Shown here piece after piece: positions 25,585-37,790 of a DNA stretch of 64,000 nucleotides. The stretch spans positions 49,538,001 through 49,602,000 of the forward strand of contig NC_043013.1 in NCBI RefSeq assembly GCF_006345805.1, in the 5' to 3' direction. The notes under the pieces were generated by a model that saw only the letters and a program-made list of their open reading frames with translations, was not told where the DNA came from and made no database searches. Made by a program: the position numbers and the translations under genes. How positions within the stretch are numbered: the first letter of the stretch is position 1; each line of letters opens with the position of its first letter. The stretch comes from Octopus sinensis. Lineage: Eukaryota.

Positions 25585-27120
25585 CTATCAGAACTAGAGG
25601 AAAAGTTTCAGGTGTGGAAGCAAGGATTAGAATCGAAGGGCCTTAGAGTCAACCTAGCAAAAACCAAAGTTTTAATAAATAGGAAGGCAAACAAACCACA
25701 AATCCCTTCCAGTAGATGGCCCTGCTCGATCTGTAGAAAAGGCATAGGTAGAAACTCTATAAGATGTAACCAGTGTAAGCTATGGACACATAAGAGGTGC
25801 AGCAATATCAAAGGCAGGCTAACTGGGATGATAGCTTTTGTATGTGGCAAATGCTCAGGTACTATAAACACTGAAAATGTGCAGAGAACAGCTTCTGTCA
25901 TATTCCAGGGAGAAAAACTACAAGTTGTTGATAGTTTCCATTACCTAGGGGACCAAGTCAGTAGCAGAGGAGGGTGCACTGAAGGTGTAGCTGCTAGAAT
26001 AAGAATAGGCTCCTACCTCTGCTGGTGACAAAGAGCCTCTCGCTCAGTGTGTAAAAAATAGACTGTATGATGCGTGTGTATGAACAGCCATGCTACATTG
26101 CTGTGAAACATGTGCCGTGACTGCTGAGAACATGTGTAAGCTTGCAAGGAATGAAGCCAGTATGCTCTGATGGATGTGTAATGTCAGTGTTCATACTCGA
26201 CAGAGTGTAAGTACCTTGAGAGAAAAGTTGAACCTAAGAAGCATCAGATATGGTGTGCAAGAGAGACGACTGCACTGTTATGGTCATGTGTTGTGAATGA
26301 ATGAGGACAGCTGTGTGAAAAAGCGTCACACCCTGGCAGTTGAGGAAACCTGTGGAAGAGGTAGGCCCAGGAAGACCTGGGATGAGGTGATGAAGCACAA
26401 TCTTCAAACATTGGGCCTTACCAAGGCAATGACTAGTGACCGAGACCTTGGAGTTATGTTGTGCTTAAGAAGACCCGACAAGCCAACTGAGACCATAACC
26501 CATGGCCTATGCCAGTGGGTATAACCAGCCCACTTATGAGTATTCCTCATTCACTGGACAATAAACTTTGCTTGCAAGACCTGTTGGGGCAAGTGAAATC
26601 AAAATCAAAATTCCTGACGTGGCCGATGTCAGTACTGCCTGATTGGCATGAGTGCCAGTGGAACGTTAAAATCACCATTCGAGTACAATCATTCCCAGGG
26701 TCACTGATTGACTCCCATGCTGGTGGCACGTAAAACGCACTATTCAAGCGTGATTGTTGCCAGTGTCACCTTACTGGCACATGTACCGGTGGCACATGTA
26801 CCGGTGGCACATGAAAATCAACATTCGAGCATGGTCATTGCCAGTGCTGCCAAACTGGCTCCTGTGCAGGTAGCATGTAAAAAACGTCTTTTGAGTGTAG
26901 TCGTTGCCAGAACCCCCTGACTGGCCCTCATGCTGGGCATGTAAAAGCACCCACTGCACTTTCAGAGTGGTTGGCATTAGGAAGGGCATCCAGCTGTAGA
27001 AACTTTTCCAGATCAGATTGGAACCTGGTGCAGCCATCTGGTTCACCATTCCTCAGTCAAACCATCCAACCCATGCCAGCATGGAAAGCGGACGTTAACC
27101 GCCAATGATGATGAGGATGA
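25585..27120 (+). mobile_element. RTE-type LINE 3' portion (PHD-like finger, C-terminus, family B 3' UTR, (GAT)n tail)
   Basis: WKQGLESKGLRVNLAKTK...C4HC3...VDSFHYLGD...RGRPRKTW, then family B sequence. Confidence 0.85.
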
Positions 27121-27199
27121 TATATATATATATTTCGTTTTTCGATTTGGTTTGCAAGATTCTTTATGTGAGTTCGTGTGTTGAAGCATATTCTGTTGT

Positions 27200-27850
27200 G
27201 TCTGGGGAGAGTCATTCTCTTTTAGTGCCTTATAATTTAACACACTCACCAGTAAAAATTCCACTGTACTTGGCTTTTCTTGATCTGGAGAAAGCCTTTG
27301 ACAAGGTTCCCAGTTGCTTATCTGGTGGTCAATGCAGCTACTTGGGATAGATGAGTGGTTAGTGAGGGCTGTACAAGCCATGTAGAAGGATGCTGTCAGT
27401 AAGGTGAAGGTTGGCAATGAGTATAGCAATGAATTTAATGTACAAGTAGGAGTTCCCTAAGGATCGGTTTTCGGCTCCCTCTTGTTTATCATAGTCGTCC
27501 AGGCCATAACAGAATAATTTAAAACGGGCTTCCCTTGGGAGCTCCTCTATGCTGATGACCTTGTTCTTATTGCTGAATCTCCATTAAAATTAGAGAAGAA
27601 ATTTCAGGTATGGAAAGAAGGTCTAGAATCAACAGACCTTCAAGTTAATTTAGCAAAGACCAAAGGCCATGTAAGTGGGAAAGCAGGCAAATCCTCAATC
27701 CCTTCAGGGAGATGGCCCAGCTCAATAAGTAGAAAAGCTGTAGGTAGGAATTCCATACAGTGTACCAGTGCAAGCTATGAATACATAAGAGGTGCAGTGG
27801 TATCGCTGGAAAATTAAGAGAAAGTAGTTTTTGTATGTAGCAGATGTGCA
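27200..27850 (+). mobile_element. RTE LINE RT fragment
   Basis: LYLAFLDLEKAFDKVP, ELLYADDLVLIAES. Confidence 0.85.
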
Positions 27851-27994
27851 AGTCATGTGCCTAAAAAGTCAGTCTCTCTTCGTTGAGTGCATTCCTAGCT
27901 TGGGTTTATTGCCTAATGGTCTGTTTTGTACACTTGCAGATTGTTATAATATAATTCTTATACAAGTAAAATGAGTTAAAAGTTTTTTTTCCTT

Positions 27995-28140
27995 CTTTAC
28001 TGGAATCTAGTACTTAAGGTCCAAATAACAAATACAGGTCCAAATAACAAACTCTAGTATCTAAGGTCCAAATAAATTATAAACTCTAGTACTTAAGGCC
28101 AAAATAACAAACTGTAGTACTTAAGGTCCAAATAACAAAC
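27995..28140. repeat. Imperfect minisatellite (ctagtacttaaggtccaaataacaaa core), 4-5 copies
   Basis: Seen directly. Confidence 0.8.
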
Positions 28141-28431
28141 ACAGTTACAGTTACAACATTCAGCATCTGTCTAAAAATGCCATCAAGGCACAAAATGACA
28201 CTGTCTCTAGAACAATATACAATGCCATCCAAAATACAACTGTCCTGGGATAAATACAACAACCCTATCCCTCCTGATATTGATTACATACATTAGCACA
28301 AGGAATATTGGTGGGATATTCTCGCCAAATCTCCTACTTAGTGCAAACATAATTGACTAGATATTACCGTTTGGGTCAGAAAAGAAAACATATGTACTGT
28401 CATGGAGATCAGACACCCTGCTGACATGAAT

Positions 28432-28800
28432 CATCATCATCATCATCATTTAGCGTCCGCTTTCCATGCTGGCATGGGTTGGATGGTTCAACTGGGTCTG
28501 TGAAGCCAGAAGGCTGCATCAGGCCCAGTCTGATCTGGCAATGTTTCTACGGCTGGATGCCTTTCCTAACGCCAACCACTTCATGAGTGTAGTGGGTACT
28601 TTTTACGTGCCACCGGCAGAGGTGCCAGATGAGGCTGGCAAACGGCCACGATCAGATGGTGCTTTTTATGTGCCACCGGCACGGAGGCCAGTCGGGGCGG
28701 CGCTGGCAACGGCCATGTTCGGATGGTTCTCTTATGTGCCACCGGCACTGGTATCACAGCTACAATTTCCATTGATGTTGATCGATTTTGATTTTGATTC
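28432..28800 (-). mobile_element. Family B (RTE 3' end)
   Basis: Match to other family B copies. Confidence 0.85.
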
Positions 28801-28960
28801 AAAAATCAAAGAGTAAAAGGATAACGATGAACAACTGCATTGAAACCTTCAGCTTTTATATCCAGATTATAAACTCACATTTATATCAATATTAAGGGGT
28901 GCACTTGATTTTGTGAGTAAATGTCTAAATGATGATTTGGAAGCGCTAGGGTTTTCAGGA
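28800..28960 (+). mobile_element. Short R4/Dong-like C-terminal fragment
   Basis: LQLLYPDYKLTFISILRGALDFVSKCL aligns with YPDYGFSFVPIIIGALDYVP at 18480. Confidence 0.65.
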
Positions 28961-29016
28961 AGATACATATCACTTAGCACACACATTACAAATACTACCT
29001 GTAAGCAAATCAGTAC

Positions 29017-29219
29017 AAATATATACAGTATAAATATATACAGTATAAATATATACAGTATAAATATATACAGTATAAATATATACAGTATAAATATATA
29101 CAGTATAAATATATATAGTATAAATGTATACAGTATAAATATATACAGTATAAATATATACAGTATAAATGTATACAGTATAAATATATACAGTATAAAT
29201 ATATACAGTATAAATATAC
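29017..29219. repeat. 15-bp minisatellite (cagtataaatatata), about 13 copies
   Basis: Seen directly. Confidence 0.95.
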
Positions 29220-29772
29220 AAGACTTTTCTCAAGTTCAGTATATGACAATGTTTTTGTTATTTACATTCCAACAATGGAGTTTTGTATCTTTTGTAGAAA
29301 CCGGCTCCACCCTTATAGAAAGACACCTGGACTTTCTACACCAGAAGAATTGTGATCTTACTTCAAACTTCAATCCAAGAGTATGGAGAGCCTCAAGCTT
29401 GGGTTGAGTGCTGCATTGGAAATACTCCGTCTTTCTACCCTTCCAGAATCTTTACATCATCATCATCATCATCATCATTTAACAGCTGCTTTCTATGCTG
29501 GCATGAGTTAGATGGTTTCACTGGAACTGGTAAGCCAGAGGCTGCACCAGAGTATAATGGTGCTTTTTATGTACCACTATCACAGGTGCCATTTGCATGA
29601 CACTGGCAATGGCTATCTACACATATATATATACCGGAGTAAACACATAAATGTGAAACAAGGTGGAAAAAAGAGTACTCAAATACCAAAGGTAGAGCAA
29701 TATGCTTTATTTAAAAGCAGCAGAAATTTAACAAAAGCTTTTGTTAAATTTCTGCTGCTTTTAAATAAAGTA

Positions 29773-29831
<59 letters not shown>

Positions 29832-30594
29832 CCTGAAAGGGTAGAAAGATGGAGTATTTCCAATAAGATATATATATAATTTGTAATATAAGATATGGAT
29901 TCAAAGAATTATGTGGTTATCACCGAAAAACTCCTCTTACAGACTCAGCTGACAGTTCATGCGGTAATCCAATACAGAGAAGTGTAAGGCAGAGTGTCCA
30001 TGCAGTAAAAAAGTCCAGAGGATCCTATCAGTTAAATTATTTCATGACAACTACATTAGCTTTTATGGTGTGTGTGTGTGTATTTACACAGTTATAGTGA
30101 AGTAAAGTACCAGGAATTAGTAGACTGCCTGTGCTAATAATTTTGCCAGCTTGTTACCTCAATAATAATAATAATAAAACAATGAAAAGAAAAAAGACTG
30201 CTTTGAGAGAGAAAGAATAGAGGTAGAAAAATAATAATAGTACAGAGAAGGAGGAGGGGAGGAGGAGGAGGAGAAAGAAACACTGGATGTATGAACATGA
30301 TGTTTTGTAAACACTATGTATTATATTGTAACTTGAAGCTAAGAGAGTGAGGGAGAAAGGTTGATAGCAAATACAAAAGTAGGTTGATAAACTAGCAATA
30401 AAGACAAGACAAAACAGAAAGAGTATGAATTGTGGTAAATTAAGAAGCAGATATAAAGAAACAAGGCTCAGTCAAACACACTGACAGAGTAAAAAAAATT
30501 ATAAGTAAAAGATGGTCACTTTTTTTATAAAGGACAAATGTATAAAACCCAAAAATTGTGCAGAGAAAAATATATATATATATTATTAGCATTT

Positions 30595-31500
30595 CGTCAT
30601 AGCCTCCTTCATCTTCTCAAAACAACTGTCCCTGAGGTTCTCCTGCAGCTGGGGTGGGGGGTAACCAAAAGTCACAGGAGCAAGGTCTGGACTGAAGGGA
30701 GTGTGAGGGACTGACTTCATGCCCATCTATGCCAAATAGTTGATTACCAGAATGGAATTGTGAATGGGTACACTGTCCTGGTGCAGGTGCTACTGACCTG
30801 TGTAGAAGAGCTCTGGCCTTCTGTGGTGAAATCACTTCCTGAATTTCCCCCAAACCTCCACAAAGTATTCTTTATTGACTGCCTGGCTAGAGGGAACCAA
30901 GTGGACATAGATGATGCTCTTGCTGACAAAAAAAGGGGGTTTCTTAGAGGATTTCCTCTACCTGGACTTCTTCAGTCTGGGGAAGCCAGGATGCTTCCAT
31001 TGAACACTTGTCTCTATATCCAGCTTTCATCACAGATCACTAGAGACTGAAGTACTCTTGGGTTAGAGGCAATGAACTCAACCATCTTCAAGCTCTCACT
31101 AATGCTTTTTTCATTCTGTGTGTCACTGAGCACCCTAGAAACGAACTTTACCCAAATTCTGCACATATTCAGATCTTCATGAATAATTCTATGTTCATTG
31201 CCTTTATAGACACATGATGGTCCTCATCCAGAAAATAGTAAATGTTTTCAACCAACTCTTATGTTCTAACACCCCTCTCCCTCCCACACCTCTCGTCCTC
31301 TCTCACCTTCTCTCTACCACTCTTAAGCTTCTCTACCGTCCTTGAGCAAAAACCAAATGCTTGGCTCATAAAAATTAGTCCATAACCATCGTGGAACATT
31401 TTGTAAGTTTCTGTAGCATTTTTGCCCAGTTTAACACAAAACTTTACTGCAAAGTTAACTTCCAAATTGTTTTCACATCCTGACAGTATTCTAGAAACTT
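30595..31500 (-). mobile_element. Decayed mariner transposase
   Basis: AVKFCVKLGKNATETYKM HTH; HQDSVPIH; PHTPFSPDLAP. Confidence 0.8.
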
Positions 31501-31889
31501 AGCTGTAACAAGCAGTGTTTAGCAGGATGTATTCAAAGTACTGTTAGGGCCATCTCCTTCAATCTGGAATGAAAGTTGGCAGGTCAGCTTATTAGATGTA
31601 TAGTAATGATATACTGAAATTACATTAGTCTAGAAGAGATGCAACTGCCTCCTCCAGGAATTCTCTCAAACCTTATTGATGTACCTTAGATATTTTGAAT
31701 GAGATGGGAAAACACATAAAATGCAATATATACTGTGATAGAAATCATATAGACCAAAATCAATTGCTGGAAAATAACAAGAAAGGTCCAATAAATCTAT
31801 CCACCCATACATACAGATTCTCCACCATAATATTTCTAGGAGGGTTATGGGGGTAGAGTCCTCAGGTACATCCGTCTGAAGCAACGATC

Positions 31890-32206
31890 AATGTTGTTGT
31901 TGTTTGTTCCTTCTCGAGCCTTGCCTAGCTCATAAGGGCCGGTTTCCTGGTTTCCTTAAAGTATAGGTTCCCCACCTGGATGGGACGCCGGTTCGTCGCA
32001 GGTGAGCTGCAAGATGCAGGCGGAAAGAGTGTGAGAAAGTTGTGGCGAAAGAGTCAGCCGAAGTTTCGTCATTACCTTCTGCCGGAGCCGCGTGGAGCTT
32101 AGGTGTTTTCGCTCATAAACACATACGTCGTCCGGTCAGAGATTCGAGTCCATGATCCCTCAACCGTGAGTCCGCTGCTCTAACCACTTGGCCATGTGCC
32201 TCCACA
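31890..32206 (-). mobile_element. tRNA-derived SINE family D with (ACA)n tail, nested in LINE
   Basis: Minus strand starts gtggaggcacatggccaagtggttagagc (tRNA-like) and ends caacaacaaca. Confidence 0.8.
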
Positions 32207-32705
32207 ACTGTCAATAGACTTTCCTGATAGATTCCCAAGCCTGACCAACTGAGACCACGGATATTATCCAATCATCTCATTCTGGGTCCACCCCTAAATC
32301 TCCTACTGATTGGCTCAGCTTAAAGGATCCATCTTCTGATTCTTTCCTGAGACATTCTAATCTGTCTGTAGGACTAGAACTGTGTCCTCTCAATGCAGAG
32401 AAGTGGTGGCTCCACCTGGAAAGACTACCTGATCTCCAAGTTATGGCCCTTGGTTGATTAACATTACTTCAGAAATCCTTCAGAGGAGCTCCACTTTGGC
32501 CACATGTATTTGCAACCGTTCTCCTTTACCCGTTACCCAAAATTCATGACCATAGGTGAGAATAGACACAAAAACTGAATTGAAAATAGCAAGTGTGGCT
32601 TTTTACCAAACTCTTCTGAGGAATAAAGGTTGGAGCGATGCAGTACTGAAACAATGCCTGCAATTCTAGCATTCACTTCAGTCTCCTGCCTTCCATTACT
32701 CATGA

Positions 32706-33191
32706 ATAATAAAGGTAAAGAAGCTCTAACCGTATATAACATTATATATATACCAGCTTGTAAACGTTCAGGTTGATAACCCCAACTTAAAATTAATAAC
32801 AAGGTAGGAATTAATGAAATTTCAAAAAATAAATAAAACATAAATAAATTTTCTACTAAAAAAAAAACAATCACCACAAAACACAATAACAAAACACAAA
32901 AAGAAAAAAATACCTTACTTTATTATTTACTCTTTTTACTGATTTATATCGAGATAATAGTATTAAACCACTCGTTCAAAATCTTGATAAAACCAAAATC
33001 ATCGAGATTTTATCTAAAAAAAAATAAAACTCCCTCACCCCACTATAATCAACCCTTAAATATTTTAATCTTATAAATCTAAAAATTATTACATATCATA
33101 AACATAGCTCCCACTTTGATCAAAAATTTAACAACAATGATATAATAATTCCTATCAATATTCCTATAATTTATAAACCCTTAAACTTAAC
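32706..33191 (-). pseudogene. ND4: NUMT: 5' part of mitochondrial ND4 plus probable last codons of ND4L
   Basis: [29 protein letters not shown] is the ND4 signature; the upstream part is open only with TGA=Trp; one frameshift in a T-run near 32900. Confidence 0.93.
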
Positions 33192-33974
33192 ACGTAATCT
33201 TAAGATACTCAAACTTGTCTTAATGATATTCCATTAATATGGAAAGTGCACTGGGAAGAGTTTCTTGAGAGGACCGGTGCCTCGGTCATCACAACACTAA
33301 CTCTCAATCCTGTCTTGTAGCACTCAGCAACAAACTCATTCAGCAGCACCTAATTGTTTGCAAGTATCAGTTGACAGATCCTACGTCCCTGATTGTGATT
33401 CCATTTCCACAACAGCTGTATATGTCAATTCAGTTCATAAAGATTATAAAAAAGAAAGGTGACAATACACACCCCTGCTGAAGTTCAACACCCATGTTGA
33501 AAGGTTTTGACATAGCATCATTTACCCAAACACAGATACCTGGGCATTCACACAAAGGGACTTAACAGCAACCAGAAGTTGTTCATTTATCCCAAATGCC
33601 TGTAAAACTCTCCACAGCATGTTCCACAGCATGCAGTCATATGCTTTTTCCAGGACTTTGAAGTTAAGGTGGACTCTGACTTTAGATTGACCGATAAAAT
33701 ATTTGGGCAGACAACGTGCCAACTTCATAACAAGAAGTCATCTTCCACATCTTCATTAAGAACTTAGATGGGGTTCTTAGCTCTACTTAGAAGAGTATCC
33801 TTAGGAGGTGGAGTGAATACTTTGTTGATCTCCTAAATCCAGTCATTATAAAATTTCCTGGGGTGTTAAGGGGGAAAATACTGACCTGTCAGAGGCTGAA
33901 ATCATACAGGTGATTAAAGTGCTCAGATATGGAAAGGATGAAATTCAGCCTGAAATGTTAAAAGTCTTTCTTGT

Positions 33975-34790
33975 GTACTCATCAAAAAGTTCCCAGACTA
34001 GCGATATTTAATAAAAAAAATAACTTATTTACCTAAGTTTTAACATCATCTTCTTTGAAATAGTCACCTTGTGCAGCAATACACTGGTCCCAGTGTTCCT
34101 GCCAGTTTTGGAGTCAAGGATAATCTGCATAAGCAAGTTGAGAACCTTCTGCATAAGCAAGCCAAGGACTTTCTGCTTTGCTCTGAATCCTGACAACGGT
34201 GTTAAAATGGTGACCTCTGAGCTGCATTTTCATCTTGGGAAAGAGGTGGAAGCCCACAGGTGCTAAATCTGGTGAATAGAGCAGGTGTAGAAGTGATACC
34301 ATGTTGTTTCCAGAGAGAAACCAAGAGTAAAGAAAGAGAGTTCGGTGACAGGGTGCATTATTGTTGTGAAGAATTCAATTCTTCATGCACTACAGATCCA
34401 GTCACTTTCACCAAATGTCCTCCCTCAAGCACTTCAAAGCATCACAGTAGAACTCTTGAATGATGGTCTGGCTCTGGAGGATGAATTCTTGATGCACAAT
34501 ACCACCGATGTTGAAAAGAATGATGAACATGCTCTTGATTGAGCTACGGTTCTGTCATGCCTTCGTCTGTTAGGGACATGAAGGGCTCTCCCATTGTAAC
34601 AACTGCTGCTTCATCTCAGATTTGTACCCATAGACCCAACTCTCATCACCGGTGATGATGCTCGACATGAAGGATGGGTCATCTGTGGCATGCTGATGGA
34701 AATCTTGACAGACTTTTATGCAATGTTCTTTCTGCTCAGTGGTCAGCAGGTGGTTGACAAACCTGGCAGAGATACACCACATGTTCAATT
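33975..34790 (-). mobile_element. Decayed mariner element, 3' part
   Basis: ISARFVNHLL, IITGDESWVYGY, LYSPDLAP motifs; TIR-like catcaaaaagttcccagact at the left end. Confidence 0.85.
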
Positions 34791-34839
34791 AGACATTAGG
34801 ATTGCTTGCATGGACCCATTACAACAGACTAACACATAC

Positions 34840-35823
34840 TTTCTCAAACTGAAGAAAAAATGATTCATGATGCTTCTGAGAAATTTAGATGCTACTAACG
34901 GACATTGCAATGGCACACGTTACATCATTGTCAGTTTACATGATCATGTTATTGAGGTTGAGGTTGCTTCTGGTCCTTATGCAGGATCAGCTCTGCTAAT
35001 CCCAAGAATACCACATGTATCTCAAGAAATGGAGTTTCCATTCACATTTACAAGCAAACTATTTCCTGTCAAACCAGTTTTTGCCTTGACGTGCAACAAG
35101 GCTCAGGAACAGACTTTTGAATAAATTGGAATATATCTTCCAACACAATTCTTCCCACATGGTCAGCTACATGTTGCATTATCTAGAGTTCGAAAGAAGG
35201 CTAATGTAAAAATATTGGCTGAGAGAAATGGTAACAGTACGATTACTGACAATCGTATCTACAAGGAGATGTACTTTAAAGCAAAATATACTTTTTAGCA
35301 AGTTTCAATAAATAGAATTAACGGATAAATTAACACATAAATGTAAAGTAACATATTTGAGTGGAATTAAATTGTTTTGGCATATTTCAACACATACCAA
35401 ATGAATGATATCGTTATATTAGATCATTTTTAATTTGGATATATTTGAAAATGAACGCCATTCCCATGTGTTCTTACAGCACCAGACTTTTGTGTATGTG
35501 TGTGTGTGTGTATGTGTGTCCCTCCCTCCCTCAATCCATCTGTCTGTCCGTCCGTGCGTCCATCTATCTATGCACATCTATGTAAGTTCTACCAATTATT
35601 AATGATAAATATATATAACAGACTGACTCTTTAAAAAAAAGAGAGTTTATGATTGTGGTTAAAATAATGGAAATAATATTTACTAAGCAAGTGAGCATTA
35701 TTATACAAAGAAGAAATATTTAGACATAAAATATCATAAAAAATTATTAGAATTGGGAATCAAATCTGGAAATATTATTGAGTGGCAAGCAGAAAACCAC
35801 CCGGAGGGCAGTCTTTCTGCTAG
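34840..35823 (+). mobile_element. Helitron 3' remnant (PIF1-like helicase C-terminus, hairpin and CTAG end)
   Basis: MLLRNL...CNGTR...IPRI...FPVKPVFALTCNKAQEQTF*...HGQLHVALSRV; ends gcagaaa...tttctgCTAG|t. Confidence 0.9.
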
Positions 35824-35832
35824 TATATATAA

Positions 35833-36333
35833 CTAGCAGTATCGCCCGGCGTTGCTCGGGTTTGTAAGGGAAATAACTATATAAGCATTTTTAGAGAGTT
35901 ATAGCCAAAAAATAGCAAAAAAACGCATTAAAAATGGAAAAAAAATTATGGTAAATTTTTTTTTAAATCATTGACTCATCGTAGACATTTTTAGAAAGTT
36001 ACTTCCCTTATATAATAGCGAAAAAAATGCATTAAAATGGAAAAAAATCATGGTAAATTTTTTTTTAAATCGTTGACTCATCGTAGACATTTTTAGAAAG
36101 TTACTTCCCTTATATAATAGCGAAAAAAATGCATTAAAATGGAAAAAAATGATGGTAAATTTTTTTTTAAATCGTAGACTCATCATAGACGGGCGCTAAT
36201 ACCCAGAAGGGCTCGATATAAATCACGACTATAAGATACCCGGTTTTGGTTAAACTGCACCTCAAAATGTGGGAGTAGTTAGGAATCTAAATCGTAGGAG
36301 ACAGACACACAACTTCTCTTTTATATATAAAGA
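35833..36333 (-). mobile_element. Non-autonomous Helitron, copy 1, with an extra internal tandem unit
   Basis: A|TC...CCCGAGCAACGCCGGG...CTAG|T on the minus strand. Confidence 0.85.
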
Positions 36334-37504
36334 TATATATATATATGTCTTATGTATTAATGTGTCTGTATATATGTGTTTTTATATGTATATGTAAATG
36401 CAGATTGATATATACATATTTGTATGAATGTATACACACTCACACACACCACACACCAATACATATGTACACCCACGTATCTGCATGATGCACAATCAAT
36501 ACAACATTTTGTAAAATAATTGTAAATCTATAATTTTACTTTCATGCATAATTACTTGTCACCAGAATATTAAAGAAAGTTCCAAAATATACCTTAAAAG
36601 AACTGCCTGTAATTGCTTCCCTGTTTTCAACTAGTCTTCCATATTGCACAATTTTCCATTGAATATATAAGACGTGTGTTGTTTAAAATCATATGATTAA
36701 TGTCACTATATTTAAAAAGTGTTACTGTATTAATGGTGATTAATTTAAAAGCTATATAAGATTTTATGCTCTGGTCATGTGGCAGAAGCTGCTAAACAAA
36801 ACTGTGTGCATTGAGAGGATATAACAGGACTTAAGCTTATATTTGATCAATAACAATATATACTTTTTGTGTAAGTAGATGAGTTGATCTTAGAACCAGC
36901 TGTACAAAAATACTCGGTATCCCCTGCGGCTAATTCATCCGTGTAAGCTTTTCAGTTTCCAAGATAAATACAGTACGGGTTTACAATGACAGCACTAAGT
37001 TGAAGATACAAAGAAAAATATAATCCTAATTTATAAAGTCATGTTAAAGCATCAAAGATTGCTTAATTGAATATAATACAGTATATAACTGAATTTTTTT
37101 TATAATAGCCTGCAGGTATGATAATGCCAGATTAATTTCCCAATTATCAAAAATGTACTTTCTTCACGAGCACAATGTATGTGATAAAAAAAAAAGGAAA
37201 TGCATATTTAAAATCTGAAGAAAAAATAAATATTTAGGTAAAAGCAGAAAAACAAATTTCACCTATAGTTCATACCTTTATTTAATATTTGGCAAAGCAA
37301 CAGTGTTTCATCTTGTAACTGTAATATAGTATTAGGTATTTTTATAGGTTTAAAAGCCAATACTATATTTCACCATGTTTAATAGTGTTATATTATATAT
37401 GTAGTGTATTACAGTTTCAAAATAAAATGATATTACCTTGCCAGTCATATGTACCAGTTGGCATGATTGTGCTTAATATGCAAAATGGTCTATGCAATTA
37501 TATT

Positions 37505-37790
37505 GAAGAAGAAGAAGAAGAAGAAGAAGAAGAAGAAGAAGAAGAAGAAGAAGAAGAAGAAGAAGAAGAAGAAGAAGAAGAAGAGAAGAGGAGAAGAAGA
37601 AGGAGAATAAGAAGAAGAAGAAGGAGGAGGAGAAGGAGGAGGAGGAGGAGGAGAAGAAGGAGGAGGAGGAGGAGGAGGAGGAAGAAGAAGAAGAAGGAGG
37701 AGGAGGAGGAGGAGGAGGAGGAGAAGAAGAAGAAGGAGAAGAAGAAGAAGAAGAAGAAGAAGAAGAAGAAGAAGAAGGTGGTGGTGGTGG
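37505..37790. repeat. (GAA)n/(GAG)n compound microsatellite
   Basis: Seen directly. Confidence 0.95.

Larger units (their letters stand above)
31820..33965 (-). mobile_element. RTE-like LINE remnant interrupted by a SINE and a NUMT; 33750-33965 inverted
   Basis: LEKAYD, QGCVLSP-like region, [25 protein letters not shown]. Confidence 0.8.

Noticed and set aside
28879-28998. Apparent 120-nt minus-strand exon with good splice sites and an open frame
   Set aside because: The plus strand of the same bases matches the R4/Dong-like C-terminus (YPDY...GALD), so the exon signal is most likely coincidental. This also lowers confidence in the other exon candidates.
27995-29219. Short direct repeats as a CRISPR-like array
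   Set aside because: Units are contiguous or nearly so, with no unique spacers; eukaryotic context; no cas genes.
32533-32892. 119-aa ORF as a functional ND4 gene
   Set aside because: It is a NUMT-LINE chimera: truncated, frameshifted upstream and embedded in nuclear repeats.
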